Counted from the first letter of the stretch, positions 23,038 through 33,357 are shown. The stretch: DNA of 64,000 bases from Methanomassiliicoccaceae archaeon (GCA_963728405.1 CAVSJV010000005.1:352001-416000); one strand, 5' to 3'. The notes: generated by a model from the letters alone, not told the origin. Program-made: numbers and translations.

Positions 23038-24153
23038 ATGGTAGATGCATTGAATCACATCGAGAGAGACATGGCCGCGCTGACCAACAAGCCCGCCGAC
23101 CGACTGTCCACATATCCGCTCGCCATGGGAGTATGCCGCCGCTTGCTCAACAACGGCGCCGGGATCACCTATCACGAGTGGGTCACCGACCCGCAGAAGT
23201 TCGCCGACGCCTTCGTGGCCGGTCAGCGCTACTTCGACTTTGACTGGGCCATCGGCCTCATGGACCTGTCGGTCATGGCCGGCGACCTCGGTTCGCATGT
23301 AAGAATGGACGAGCAGAACACCCCGTTCGTCGATGATCCGGCCATCAAGACGATCGAGGACTACGAGAAACTGCAGGTACCCGACATCAAGGATCCCAAG
23401 TCCCGCAGCTATGTTCTCGTCGAGGGAACGGGCAAGTTCGTGGAAGCGATCGGTAAGGAGGTCGTGACCGCCGCGTTCCTGGAGGGCCCACTGCTCGCTT
23501 TGACGCAGACCCGTGGAGCCGAGTTCGTGTTCAAGGACATGTACGACAACGAGTCCTCCCGTGCCGCCGTGCACAAGGCCCTAGCGACCATCACTGAGTA
23601 CGACAAGGAGATGGTCAAGGGGTTCGGGCAGAAGAAACCCGCCGGGCTGGTGTGGGACTATCTATGGGGCTCCTACTCCTGCCTCGGCGACAAGGAGTAC
23701 GCCGAGTTCGAGGGCGACCACAAGTACGCCGGCTGTCTGAACGAGCTGGTGGCCAAGGAGGGCATGGCCTCGTGCATCCACAACTGCGCTGACCTCCCCC
23801 ACCTGGACACTCAGGTCAAGCAGATGAAGCCCGCCATCTACTCGATGGCCTGGTACCCCTTGATCCCCGGTTCGATGCCGGCCAAGGAGGTCATCGCCAA
23901 GGGCTATGCGGACAACTGTCTGATGGCCGGCAACATCGACCCCCAGGGCTACGTGCGGTGGAGCACCGAGAAGATGCAGAAGACCACGATGAACCTGTGC
24001 AACGAGGTCGTCACCGCCCTGAAGGAGCGGGGCCTCGGGGCCCGGTACTGCATCGCCTCCGGCTGCGAGGTGCCTCCGGCGATCGCCACCAAGCTCGAGA
24101 ACATCAAGACCTGCGTCGACACCGTCAAGCAGTACGGTACTTTCCAAACCTGA
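23038..24153 (+). CDS. MtaA/MtbA/MtsA-family methylcobamide:CoM methyltransferase (URO-D superfamily)
   Basis: DLSV.A..LG, GPL, Zn-binding H-x-C (IHNCAD) and distal C (SGCEVP), GNIDP. Confidence 0.8.
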   Translation: MVDALNHIERDMAALTNKPADRLSTYPLAMGVCRRLLNNGAGITYHEWVTDPQKFADAFVAGQRYFDFDWAIGLMDLSVMAGDLGSHVRMDEQNTPFVDDPAIKTIEDYEKLQVPDIKDPKSRSYVLVEGTGKFVEAIGKEVVTAAFLEGPLLALTQTRGAEFVFKDMYDNESSRAAVHKALATITEYDKEMVKGFGQKKPAGLVWDYLWGSYSCLGDKEYAEFEGDHKYAGCLNELVAKEGMASCIHNCADLPHLDTQVKQMKPAIYSMAWYPLIPGSMPAKEVIAKGYADNCLMAGNIDPQGYVRWSTEKMQKTTMNLCNEVVTALKERGLGARYCIASGCEVPPAIATKLENIKTCVDTVKQYGTFQT

Positions 24154-24170
24154 TGGGGCGCTAGCCCCCA

Positions 24171-25358
24171 TCATTCTTTTATCCTCGTTGCCCTCGGTCG
24201 GAAGGTCCACGCGAACCCCGCTGCCCCGAACACCAGGATCGCGGCCAGGAACCAGAAACCACCCAGATACCAGAGGGCGTTCCCCACAATGAGGGCGGTG
24301 ATTATGGGGCCGATGAACTGCCCAATGTCCATCACCGTGTGCAGGAAACCCATCGATGAGCCTGAACCGGATCGAGTGGACAGGTCCGAGACCAGCGCCT
24401 GCGTCGATGAGGTCACCGAGGAAAAGCCCAGGCCGAAGATGGCCGACAGGGCGACCAGCAGGACCGGCTCGATGGTCAGCGGGAACAGCAGCACGGCGAC
24501 GGCGCAGGCCAGCAGGCCGGCGATGATGAACCTGTCCCGTCCATGGCGGTCGGACATTCGCCCGATCAGCGGTTTAGTGAGTACGACCGTGAGCAGCTGC
24601 CCCCCTCCGATAAGGGCCCACCAGACCGGCGCCAGACCCTGGTTCAGGGCGTAGTCGATGGAGAATACCTCGAAAGCGCCGTATGCCAGATACTGGGCCG
24701 CCTCCATCGATGAGGCTACCAGGACCTTTCGGTCGGTAACGATGGACCGCAGCTGTTCTCGGATGGGTGCGTTCTTCGGCCCTTTTTCACCAGGGTCCTC
24801 CCCCTCGCGATAGACGGCGAAGATGGCGATCAGCGCCGACACCCCGGCCAGGCCGACCGCCCAGTAGACGTCACGGTAGTTGAAGTTGGTGAACACGAGG
24901 ACCGCACCGCCGAGGAAAGGTGCGATGCCGCGGCCGACGATGGTCGCGGATGAGTAGAAGGACAGCTTGGCGGCCTTAAGGTCCGGGAAGTTATCCACTA
25001 TGGCCGCGCTGGCCACCGTACCGAAAACGGCGGTGGCGAAGCCATGGTAGAAGCGGACGGCCATGAGCTCACCAGGGCTGGTCACGAAAAGGTAGAGGAA
25101 GGGCGCAGTGGCGAAGACCACGGCCGCCGAGTATATGACCTTCCGACGGCCCAGGAAGTCGGATAATGAGCCGGCTGGTAGGGAGACCAATATGCCTGGC
25201 AATGTGGACGCTGCTGCCACTAGGCCCAGAAGGGCCGTGTCTGCGCCCAGGCTGCGCGCGAAGGGAGCGAGCACCGGGTTCTTGGCCATGGTCGAGCTGA
25301 GGATGGCCAGCGCCCCTGCGAAGCTCAGTCCATAGAAGAATCGGTCCCGTCGGTCCAT
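24171..25358 (-). CDS. MFS transporter
   Basis: About 12 hydrophobic segments, motif A repeats GSLSDFLGRR and GRMSDRHGR. Confidence 0.92.
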   Translation of the reverse strand: MDRRDRFFYGLSFAGALAILSSTMAKNPVLAPFARSLGADTALLGLVAAASTLPGILVSLPAGSLSDFLGRRKVIYSAAVVFATAPFLYLFVTSPGELMAVRFYHGFATAVFGTVASAAIVDNFPDLKAAKLSFYSSATIVGRGIAPFLGGAVLVFTNFNYRDVYWAVGLAGVSALIAIFAVYREGEDPGEKGPKNAPIREQLRSIVTDRKVLVASSMEAAQYLAYGAFEVFSIDYALNQGLAPVWWALIGGGQLLTVVLTKPLIGRMSDRHGRDRFIIAGLLACAVAVLLFPLTIEPVLLVALSAIFGLGFSSVTSSTQALVSDLSTRSGSGSSMGFLHTVMDIGQFIGPIITALIVGNALWYLGGFWFLAAILVFGAAGFAWTFRPRATRIKE

Positions 25359-25448
25359 CAGAGGCACCCGTTCCTTAAACTCCAACGGTGGATTAAATGC
25401 TGCGTAAGGCCATATCCCAACACTTATTCTAGAGGGGGACAGAGGACT

Positions 25449-25595
25449 ATGATCAATAACGATGACGGAAGCGACGTGCTAAAGTGGCATACTCGCTGCT
25501 TCAGCTGCCATTTCAAGGTCCGGTGCCGCGACGAGAAAGTATCGCGCGGCTCGAAGAAGTGTCTCAATCTCTTGAGGCATCAGGAAAAGCACTGA
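25449..25595 (+). CDS. Candidate 48-aa Cys/His-rich microprotein
   Basis: MINNDDGSDVLKWHTRCFSCHFKVRCRDEKVSRGSKKCLNLLRHQEKH*. A purine-rich RBS-like gagga precedes the ATG and the stop abuts the convergent stop at 25596. Confidence 0.55.
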   Translation: MINNDDGSDVLKWHTRCFSCHFKVRCRDEKVSRGSKKCLNLLRHQEKH

Positions 25596-26878
25596 TCACT
25601 GCACCACCCCACCTTGCGAAAGCACAGCGTAGTCTCCTGCCTGATCGGTACGGACGATGACGGCGTGAACAGCGCTCAGACGGGCCAGGGCAGTGGAAGT
25701 GGGATGCCCATAACTGTTCTGCCCGACCTCTATGACCGCTATTGACGGCGTTACTGCGTTCAGGAAGGTGGTCGAAGAGGAGGATGCCGAGCCATGATGG
25801 GCTACCTTCAGCACGTCCACATCCAGCTCTTCCTTGTACATCGAGCATAATGTGTTCTCCACCTCGAAGCCGATGTCTCCGGTGAAAAGGAACGTGCTGA
25901 CTGGACGCGGCCATCCTTATCACGATGCTGGCATCGTTCGCTTCGGCGGACGCGTTGATCGAAAGGACCCTGAAGTCCTCGGTGAGGCTGAGGTCCAGGT
26001 AATCCCCGGCATCCACGTCGCCGCTGGTGTATACGGGGCAGCCCTCGTCCAAGGCCGCATCGATGAAGTTACGGTACGACGAGGTGTTCTTGACCAGCCC
26101 CGGATGGTACACGCTGCGGACCTCCAGTGTTCGGAGCACTTCCTCCGCCCCGCCCAGGTGGTCTTCGTCGGGGTGAGAGATGATGAGCGCGTCGAGGACG
26201 GTCACGGAGCGATTGCTCAGATAGGAGAGCAGGTCCGTCTCCGCTTCAGACGGGCCGGCATCGATCAGGATGTGCTTTCCGTCTGAGGTCTGTATGAGCT
26301 CGGCATCTCCCTGGCCCACATCGATGAAGTCGACCTCGGCGTTCTCGACGATGCTCTCCACCCCGGGCGGGAGGACGTGGATGCTGAAAGGAAACGTTGC
26401 CCGATACATGGTCCGGATAGAGGACCTCAGCATGCCAGATGCCTTGCCTGAGCGGACCGTTCTCGGAGATCACGCTGAAATAGTCTCCGTTGCCGGCGGC
26501 GCTGTCGTTGTTCAGATCATGGTACGACAGGCCCACCCCGGGGAACAGGTCGTCGAACCTGAAGATGCCGGTCTGCGATGACGCCGTCAATGGCCGGTCC
26601 ACGTGGCCCAGTCCGGGAGCGTAGATCCTCATGGTGATGTCGTTCAGTGAGGGCTGGGGATCGAGCTCGCCGAGGTAGATGCTCACCACGCTGTCGTTGA
26701 CCTTGACCAGATGTGGGTCGTCGTCCTGCCCTTGTTTGGCAGGGGTCGTGCTGTTCTTTACCTTACCGTAGACATAGATACCGGCCAGCAGTAACAGGCC
26801 GACCACTATCAGTACCACTAGGACCTTGCCCCATCCCTTCAAAATCTTTCGCCAACACCGCCAGGCGTTCCTCTTCAA
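25596..26878 (-). CDS. Membrane-anchored ComEC/Rec2-type metallo-beta-lactamase-fold hydrolase (apparent frameshifts near 26388 and 25902)
   Basis: N-terminal TM, then FIDVGQGDA, LIDAG, SHPDEDHLGG, NDASIV, LFTGD (after correction), LKVAHHGS, NSYGHP, RTD..G. Confidence 0.85.
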
Positions 26879-26889
26879 TCAAACTTTCG

Positions 26890-29800
26890 CTATCCGGGAG
26901 CCTTCTCGGCCTGAGAGGTACGGCACCCTTCCGAGGTGGCCCGGAACCGGCCGGGCGGCACCAGGATCTCGAAACTGGAGCCCTGGCCGCCTTCCCCCGT
27001 TTCTCTAATGGTCATGCCGGAGATCCGCAGGACCTCTTGGATGAGGTGCAGGCCATGGCCTCTTCTCCCCCGGAACTCCCAGTCGAACAGCTTGGGGCGG
27101 TCCTCATCCGATATGCCAACGCCATTGTCCTGGCAAACGATACGTAGGCCCGCCTCGGTGATGGATGTGGACAGCCCTATGAAGGTGGCCGTCCGGCCAT
27201 AGCGGACCGAGTTCTCCACCAGGTTGTGGAAGACCTTCTCCAGCATGGGGTCGGCGAACACCTCGTAGCCGTCCAGGGCGCCATGGACGCTTACTCGGCC
27301 CAGGTCCAGATTGGCCACCCCCTTGCGGTAAGCCTCGGCCAGGTCCATCCAGTGGGCCTCGTTCTGCCCCAGTGACTGGTATTCGCGGGCAAAGGCCATC
27401 TGGTGAGTGATGCTCTGGGCGGCCAGCCTAGCCTTGGCTATCAGCTCCCTGGTCGCGGGGTCGGTGGACCTCACTTCGGCCAGTTGCAGGTAGCCCGACA
27501 GCGCGGTGATCTTGTTATGAACGTCATGCCGGGTGATGTCACCCAGAAGTGAGATCTTGAGCTCCGCAAGTTTGGCGGCCTGTTCGGCCTTCTTCCGTTC
27601 GGTGATGTCCATGATGGTACCGAATATCCCCACCACCTGGCCGTTCTCCTCATACTCCAGACGGGTCCTGGACTGCACGTACTTCATTGTGCCGTCGGCG
27701 ACGATCAGGCGAAAGTCCAGGTCCACCTCGTTCTGTCCGTTCTTTACACGTTCGATGGCATCGGCCATGCGTCCTCGGTCCTCGGGATGGATCGTTCTTT
27801 GCACGAGGTTCATATTCATTTTATGGCCGTGAGCGACCCCCATTATGTTCTTCAGCTCCTCGGAGGTCTGGACCCACCCATCGTTCCAGTTGACCCTGAA
27901 GCTGCCCACCTTGGAGGCCTTTTCGGCCTCTGCCAGCAACCTCCGGCTCTCCATAAGGTGGCGCTCTGCATCCTTGCGTTCGGTGATATCCCGAGCGACC
28001 GTAAGGATCGCCGCCCGTCCCTCGATGTTCACGACCTTGCTGCTTATCTCCACAGGGACGGTCGCTCCGTGCTTGCTGAAATGGCGGGACTCGAACAGCA
28101 GCTCCCCCTCCTGCATTATCTTGGCCAGGGTCTCTCGCATGGTCTGGCGGAGGGACGGCTCGACTATATCGGACAAGCTAGCATCAAGTAGCTCCTCCCG
28201 CGAATAGTCCAGGCGTCGGGAGGCCATGGTGTTCGCCTCCAGCAGTTTACCCTCGGGGTCTACGATCAGAATGATATCGTTAGCGTTGTCAAAGATCTCG
28301 CGGAACCTCCGCTCCATGAGCTGTTTCTCCTCCTCCACCTGCCTCTTTTCCGTGATGTCAGTGACCGTGCCGATGATGTACGAGGGGGTGCCATCCACGG
28401 CGGCGACGACCTTGCCGGAGCTCTGGAAGATCTTGAACCCATTGCCCACACGAACACGGTAGATGATATCGTATGGCGACATGGTCTCCACCGCTCTCCT
28501 CACTCCCCCCTTTAGTCCGGGCAGGTCCTCAGGGTGCACCAGCATAAAGTATTCTTCAATGGTCGGCTCGTCCCGGCCGGGGTCCAAGCCCACGAGGTGA
28601 AACATCTCCTCCGACCACTTGACCTCCCAGGTACCAATATTGTACCGGTAGCTGCCAGTTCGCGATTGCTTCTGGGCCTCGGCCAGCAGTCTCTGGCTCT
28701 CCAGGAGTTTTCGCTCCGCCTCCTTGAGGTCGGTCACATCCATTATGGTGCCGAAGATGCCGACGACATCCCCATCCTCGTTCAGTTCGATCTTCCCGCG
28801 ATTATGGATGTATCTTAGCCGGCCATCCGGTGTGAACAGTCGGTACACGAAATCGATCTCCGTGTCCTTCTCCGGCATCTCCCACCAGGCCTGGTTCACC
28901 ATGTCCCGGTCCTGCGGAAGGACCAGTTTGAGATACTCCTCCCTCCTGGACCATTCTCTGATCGGATCGATCCCGCAGATGCGGAACGCCTCGTCCGTCC
29001 ATTCTGAGATGCCCTTCCCCAGATCTATGTGGTAGCCACCGATGTGGGCCGTGCTCTGGGTCTGCCGGAGGAGATGCTCCGAACTGAGAAGCCGGCGTTC
29101 TGCATCCTTACGTTCGGAGATGTCCCGGGCGATGCAAAGAAGCACCTTGCCATCGCCGTATATGATGGGGGTGCTGTTCACTTCGACCGGCGTCTCCCGG
29201 CCGTCCCTGGTTAGGTGTATCGTTTCGACCATGCCTTGGGACCCGCTCAACTGCCCAGCGATCTGTTGGACCGTCTCCTCGAGGCGATATCGCCCGTCAA
29301 AATCCGCCACATTCATGTGCACCAGCTCGCGGTAGGCATATCCGAGCCGCTGGCAGGCCACCTTGTTCACTTCCAGGAGGCGTCCGGTGCGGTCGATGAT
29401 GTAGATGGCATCATTGGCGTGGTCGAAGATGTCGCGGAACTTGCGTTCCGTGTTGTATAGGTCCTCTTTGGCCTCCCGTCTCTCCGTCACGTCCCGGGAG
29501 CATAGCACCAGGCCTTCGATCTGGCCTTTCGATCCTCTAAGGGGAGAGCCTAACGTTTCGAGCCAAATGTAATTGCCGTCGGAGTGGAGGTAACGGAATT
29601 CGGTGGAGGCCACCGTAATTCCTCTGAGGGCCTCGGCCAGGAACCAATGGACCCTATCTCGGTCCTCCGGATGCACATGGCGGACATAATTTTGGCCCAG
29701 ACAGATCTCCATTTCATAGCCCAGGACGGTCCTGACGGAAGGACTGGAATAGTTGATGATCCCGTCACGGTCGACCTGGGTGATCACATCTTTCATGTTA

Positions 29801-31779
29801 TCGGTGATGAGGCGCAGCTTCTCCTCCCGTTCCCGCAGGGCAAGCTCGGCGACTTTGGCATCTGAGATGTCTCGTGAGCTAAGCACGGCCCCACAGGCCT
29901 CTCCCTCCTCGTCGAGGACGACCGAGCCCCTCGTCTCCATCCACACATAGCGCCCGTCCCGGCGTAGATAACGGGCCACTATCCTGCTCTTCCCCTTGGT
30001 CACCCCGTCATTGGCAATGATCTCGGCCAGGGAGTGGCGGCTATCAGGATGGATGATATCGAGATGGGTCTTGCCGATGAACTCCTCCGGCGAATAGCCC
30101 AGGACCTGGGCGATGGAGGGACTGGCGTACACCACCCTGCCCTCCTCATCTACCCGAGTGATGAGATCCTGCATGTTCGATGTGATGATGGCCAGCTCCT
30201 CCTGTTTGACCTTGAGGGCCCCCTCCACCAGCATCTTCTCCGACAGGTCCTCCACCAGGCCGATGTCGTATCGCATCCGGCCTTCATCGTCCCTGACCGC
30301 GGAGATGGTCAGCCTGACGTTGAGGTGCTGCCCCGTCCTGGTCACCAGGCGTTTCTCGATCTGGTAGCCGTCCCTGGTTCCCTCGATCATCTCTCCGAAC
30401 AGGGCAGCGTCCTTGCCCAGGTCGCCCGGATGAGTGATATCCTGGAAGCTCATGGACATGAGCTCCCGGCGCGAGTAACCGGTCATGGCCTCCAGGGTCG
30501 GATTGATCTCTAAGAACCTTCCCTCAGGGTCGGCCAGCCCGATCCCGATGGCGCTGTTCTCGAAGATGGCCCGGAGCCGGGACTCGTTGGCCTTTAGAGC
30601 GTTCTCGGCCATGCGGCGGTCGGTGATGTCATGGAAGCTCCATACTCGGCCGATGACCCCCTCCTCGGACCGTTGAGGACGAGTGACCATCTCGAACGCC
30701 CTTCCATCGATGAACTCGAGCACGTCGGATGAAGAGATCTCCCGGTCCTCGGTCAGCTCGGTTGCCCTTCTCTGGAACAGGCCCGGGTCCTTCAGTTGGT
30801 CCAGGACCTCGCCCAGTAGGTTGCGGCCATCGTCCTTCGACGATGAGGGGAGCTTCCACATCTCCAGGAACTGGGTGTTGTATGCCACCACGTCCTGGTC
30901 CAGGTTAACCACTAATATACCGTCGGTGGTCGATTCAAGGGTAGCCTTGAGCAGAGAGACCGAGCTCTTGAGCTTCTCCTCCGTTTGGTGAAGGGCGGTC
31001 ATGTCCCCTCCGATGCTCAGGATCTCCTTAACCCGCCCTTCCTTGTCGGTGATGACCTTATTGGTCCAGGCGATCCAGACCTTCTCCCCGTTACCCTTGA
31101 TGTTCTGACTGATGGTGTAAGGGTTCTCGATGTGGTTCTGCACCAGAGTGTCGAGGGACTCGACCAGGTTGTTTCCGCGGTCATCGATGAGGGGGGTGAT
31201 GGTCCCGATGATCGATCGTCCCACGATCTCGTCCCATTTGTAGCCGAAAAAGGTCTGGGCATACTCGTTGATGAACTGGACTCGCCCTTCGGTGTCTATC
31301 CTCAGGATGATGGAGTTCGAGCACTCGACCAGTTCGCGATACTTCCGCTCGCTTTCCTGCAAGGCCTTCTCGGTCGCGCTCTTCTGGGCGAGCTTGACGA
31401 TGGCGTTCCGAAGTTCCCGGAACTGGACCTTGGGGTCCCCACCTTTCTGCAGGTAGAAGTCAGCGCCGTTGTTGATCGCCTCGATAGCGACCTCCTCACG
31501 TCCTTTGCCGGTGAAGAGGATGAACGGCGTGATATCTCCCGTGGCCTTCAGGGCCTTGAGCAGCTCTACACCGTCCATCGTCGGCATTTGGTAATCAGAT
31601 ACGATCACATCGAAGGCCTGGGACCGCAAGGAAGCGAGCGCTTCGACACCGCTATTCATGACCGTTACCTCTATACCTCCGTCCAGCTCCAGGAATACCT
31701 TGGTGACCTCGAGCAGGGCCGGCTCATCGTCGATGTAAAGGGCATGTATCGCGGGGGCGGTCAAGCGGTTAAAAAACAA
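26890..31779 (-). CDS. Hybrid sensor histidine kinase: REC + about 10 PAS/PAC + HisKA-like + HATPase
   Basis: LYIDDE..SDYQMP, repeated DIT/SERK PAC ends, ITRHDVHN, NLVENS, DNGVG, GHGL. Confidence 0.92.
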   Translation of the reverse strand: MFFNRLTAPAIHALYIDDEPALLEVTKVFLELDGGIEVTVMNSGVEALASLRSQAFDVIVSDYQMPTMDGVELLKALKATGDITPFILFTGKGREEVAIEAINNGADFYLQKGGDPKVQFRELRNAIVKLAQKSATEKALQESERKYRELVECSNSIILRIDTEGRVQFINEYAQTFFGYKWDEIVGRSIIGTITPLIDDRGNNLVESLDTLVQNHIENPYTISQNIKGNGEKVWIAWTNKVITDKEGRVKEILSIGGDMTALHQTEEKLKSSVSLLKATLESTTDGILVVNLDQDVVAYNTQFLEMWKLPSSSKDDGRNLLGEVLDQLKDPGLFQRRATELTEDREISSSDVLEFIDGRAFEMVTRPQRSEEGVIGRVWSFHDITDRRMAENALKANESRLRAIFENSAIGIGLADPEGRFLEINPTLEAMTGYSRRELMSMSFQDITHPGDLGKDAALFGEMIEGTRDGYQIEKRLVTRTGQHLNVRLTISAVRDDEGRMRYDIGLVEDLSEKMLVEGALKVKQEELAIITSNMQDLITRVDEEGRVVYASPSIAQVLGYSPEEFIGKTHLDIIHPDSRHSLAEIIANDGVTKGKSRIVARYLRRDGRYVWMETRGSVVLDEEGEACGAVLSSRDISDAKVAELALREREEKLRLITDNMKDVITQVDRDGIINYSSPSVRTVLGYEMEICLGQNYVRHVHPEDRDRVHWFLAEALRGITVASTEFRYLHSDGNYIWLETLGSPLRGSKGQIEGLVLCSRDVTERREAKEDLYNTERKFRDIFDHANDAIYIIDRTGRLLEVNKVACQRLGYAYRELVHMNVADFDGRYRLEETVQQIAGQLSGSQGMVETIHLTRDGRETPVEVNSTPIIYGDGKVLLCIARDISERKDAERRLLSSEHLLRQTQSTAHIGGYHIDLGKGISEWTDEAFRICGIDPIREWSRREEYLKLVLPQDRDMVNQAWWEMPEKDTEIDFVYRLFTPDGRLRYIHNRGKIELNEDGDVVGIFGTIMDVTDLKEAERKLLESQRLLAEAQKQSRTGSYRYNIGTWEVKWSEEMFHLVGLDPGRDEPTIEEYFMLVHPEDLPGLKGGVRRAVETMSPYDIIYRVRVGNGFKIFQSSGKVVAAVDGTPSYIIGTVTDITEKRQVEEEKQLMERRFREIFDNANDIILIVDPEGKLLEANTMASRRLDYSREELLDASLSDIVEPSLRQTMRETLAKIMQEGELLFESRHFSKHGATVPVEISSKVVNIEGRAAILTVARDITERKDAERHLMESRRLLAEAEKASKVGSFRVNWNDGWVQTSEELKNIMGVAHGHKMNMNLVQRTIHPEDRGRMADAIERVKNGQNEVDLDFRLIVADGTMKYVQSRTRLEYEENGQVVGIFGTIMDITERKKAEQAAKLAELKISLLGDITRHDVHNKITALSGYLQLAEVRSTDPATRELIAKARLAAQSITHQMAFAREYQSLGQNEAHWMDLAEAYRKGVANLDLGRVSVHGALDGYEVFADPMLEKVFHNLVENSVRYGRTATFIGLSTSITEAGLRIVCQDNGVGISDEDRPKLFDWEFRGRRGHGLHLIQEVLRISGMTIRETGEGGQGSSFEILVPPGRFRATSEGCRTSQAEKAPG

Positions 31780-31807
31780 TGTCGGTGATTATGAATGCAT
31801 TTCACTA

Positions 31808-31849
31808 CAATATCAATTATGATATTATCATAATAATAATTTGATATTG
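31808..31849. promoter_or_regulatory. Nested AT-rich dyads upstream of the kinase
   Basis: CAATATCAA(31808)...TTGATATTG(31849) enclosing ATTATGATA-T-TATCATAAT (31816-31834). Confidence 0.5.
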
Positions 31850-32054
31850 ACCACCTTGGTTTTAATTCCCTCCTTAAAGAGCGCGTTGCCTCTCCCGAAA
31901 GTTCCGGATGGGCAGCAGTACTTACACCGGCTCCCATCGTCAAAAATGATTCAGGCCAAGGAGGAACGTGAGGTCCAGCTCGAACGGAGGGAGCAGTTAC
32001 CTTGACCCCGTTGCGCTCTGGTAGGAACCGTCCGGCCGTCATTCATGAAGGGAC

Positions 32055-32522
32055 TTAGCTCTCCGGGGGTGTCCTGACCACCAGGACCGGACATGTCGCG
32101 TGGCGTACGACACGTTCCGCCACGCTGCCCAGTAGCAGGTGGGCCATGCCGGTGCGGCCCAGGGAACCCATGACGATGAGGTCGTAGTCCTTGGCGATCT
32201 CCACTATCTTGTGGGCGGGAGTACCTGAATCCACCACCAGGGTGGTCACGTGAACCCCTTTCTTCGCCCCCTCCTGCCGCACGAACTCCACGGCGGCCTG
32301 ACCCTCTGTCTCCATTATGGGGAGTAGATTGGGTAGGGCAATGGCATCGCCATAGCCGATGAACGGGCTTATGTCCACAACGTTCAGCGCGGTTACCTCG
32401 GCACCTATGAGCTTAGCGAGATCCAGCCCCCGGGCGACCGCCGCTTTGGCGTTCGGACTATCGTCGGTCGGTATCAGGATCCTCTTGATCGCTCCTACGC
32501 CCTCGGTGTGATGTTCGTTCAT
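32055..32522 (-). CDS. Universal stress protein (UspA family)
   Basis: ILIPTD.S, DLIVMGS.GRTG..LLLGSVAERVVRHA.CPVLVV. Confidence 0.95.
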   Translation of the reverse strand: MNEHHTEGVGAIKRILIPTDDSPNAKAAVARGLDLAKLIGAEVTALNVVDISPFIGYGDAIALPNLLPIMETEGQAAVEFVRQEGAKKGVHVTTLVVDSGTPAHKIVEIAKDYDLIVMGSLGRTGMAHLLLGSVAERVVRHATCPVLVVRTPPES

Positions 32523-32628
32523 AATGTTCTGCAGTATGATTTGGAGCAAGAGATGCTAATAACCTACTATGATCGCCCTCGCGGTCGCCCCTCTTTTGAG
32601 ACGAGGGAAGGGAGCGCCCAGGGCCTTA

Positions 32629-33357
32629 TCAGGACCACCGTAGCTCGATCTTGGCCACCTTGGCCGGGGGGACATCCATCTTTACCAATCGAGGTAACTG
32701 TCCCTTCAGAGCGATCTTTTCTCCGACCACTCCCAACGCTCCCTCTATGCCTGGAATCGAGCACACCTCGGCGAGAGCCTTGTTCAGCACCTCATCATCG
32801 CTCGATGTGAGCAGGTTTCCCAGGCGGGTGGCGCAGGCGTCCGCTAACGTGACGTTCGCGGAGATGACCGTCGCCGCGTCCGACGTCCCGAACGATATCG
32901 AGGGCCCGATCGTGGCGGATGAGGTGCAGATGCCGAAGACCCCCTCCCTCGGAACGCAGGCGAACCCCAGACCCCTGACCTTCTCGCCGGCGTACAGGCC
33001 CACATTGACCTCCCGGTCGAGCAACATGGCGATGTCCCCTCCGTTGTCGACGATCGCCTGTCTCGCCCCTGCGGCCTGCAGGTCCTTGACCGCCTTCTCC
33101 GCAATCGCCCCAGCGATGCTGGCCATCGGCCCCACTCCTGCCCGGCCCGTTGCTTCGCACATCCTCTTTATGAGGGGGGGAGCATCCTCCGGTGCGGGAT
33201 ATGGCTCCAGGGTGACCTGAAAGATGGGATCCCGGCGGATGAACGCCTGCACTACCTCGCGGGTGTGGAAGATAGACTCCTCCGCTGCCGGGATGAACTC
33301 TCTCTCGGCGATGATGGTGACCGCCGTCTCCCCGATCTCGAAGTGCTTCCTGATCAT
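32629..33357 (-). CDS. UPF0280 / ApbE-superfamily protein (COG2122-like, sulfide assimilation associated)
   Basis: GVGPMASIAG, DNGGDIA, CTSS.TIGPSISFG.SDAATV, ADA.AT. Confidence 0.88.
   Translation of the reverse strand: MIRKHFEIGETAVTIIAEREFIPAAEESIFHTREVVQAFIRRDPIFQVTLEPYPAPEDAPPLIKRMCEATGRAGVGPMASIAGAIAEKAVKDLQAAGARQAIVDNGGDIAMLLDREVNVGLYAGEKVRGLGFACVPREGVFGICTSSATIGPSISFGTSDAATVISANVTLADACATRLGNLLTSSDDEVLNKALAEVCSIPGIEGALGVVGEKIALKGQLPRLVKMDVPPAKVAKIELRWS

Noticed and set aside
31878-32019. SRP RNA, RNase P RNA, 5S rRNA or FMN/lysine riboswitch
   Set aside because: Only short chance similarities were found; the diagnostic motifs and lengths do not match.
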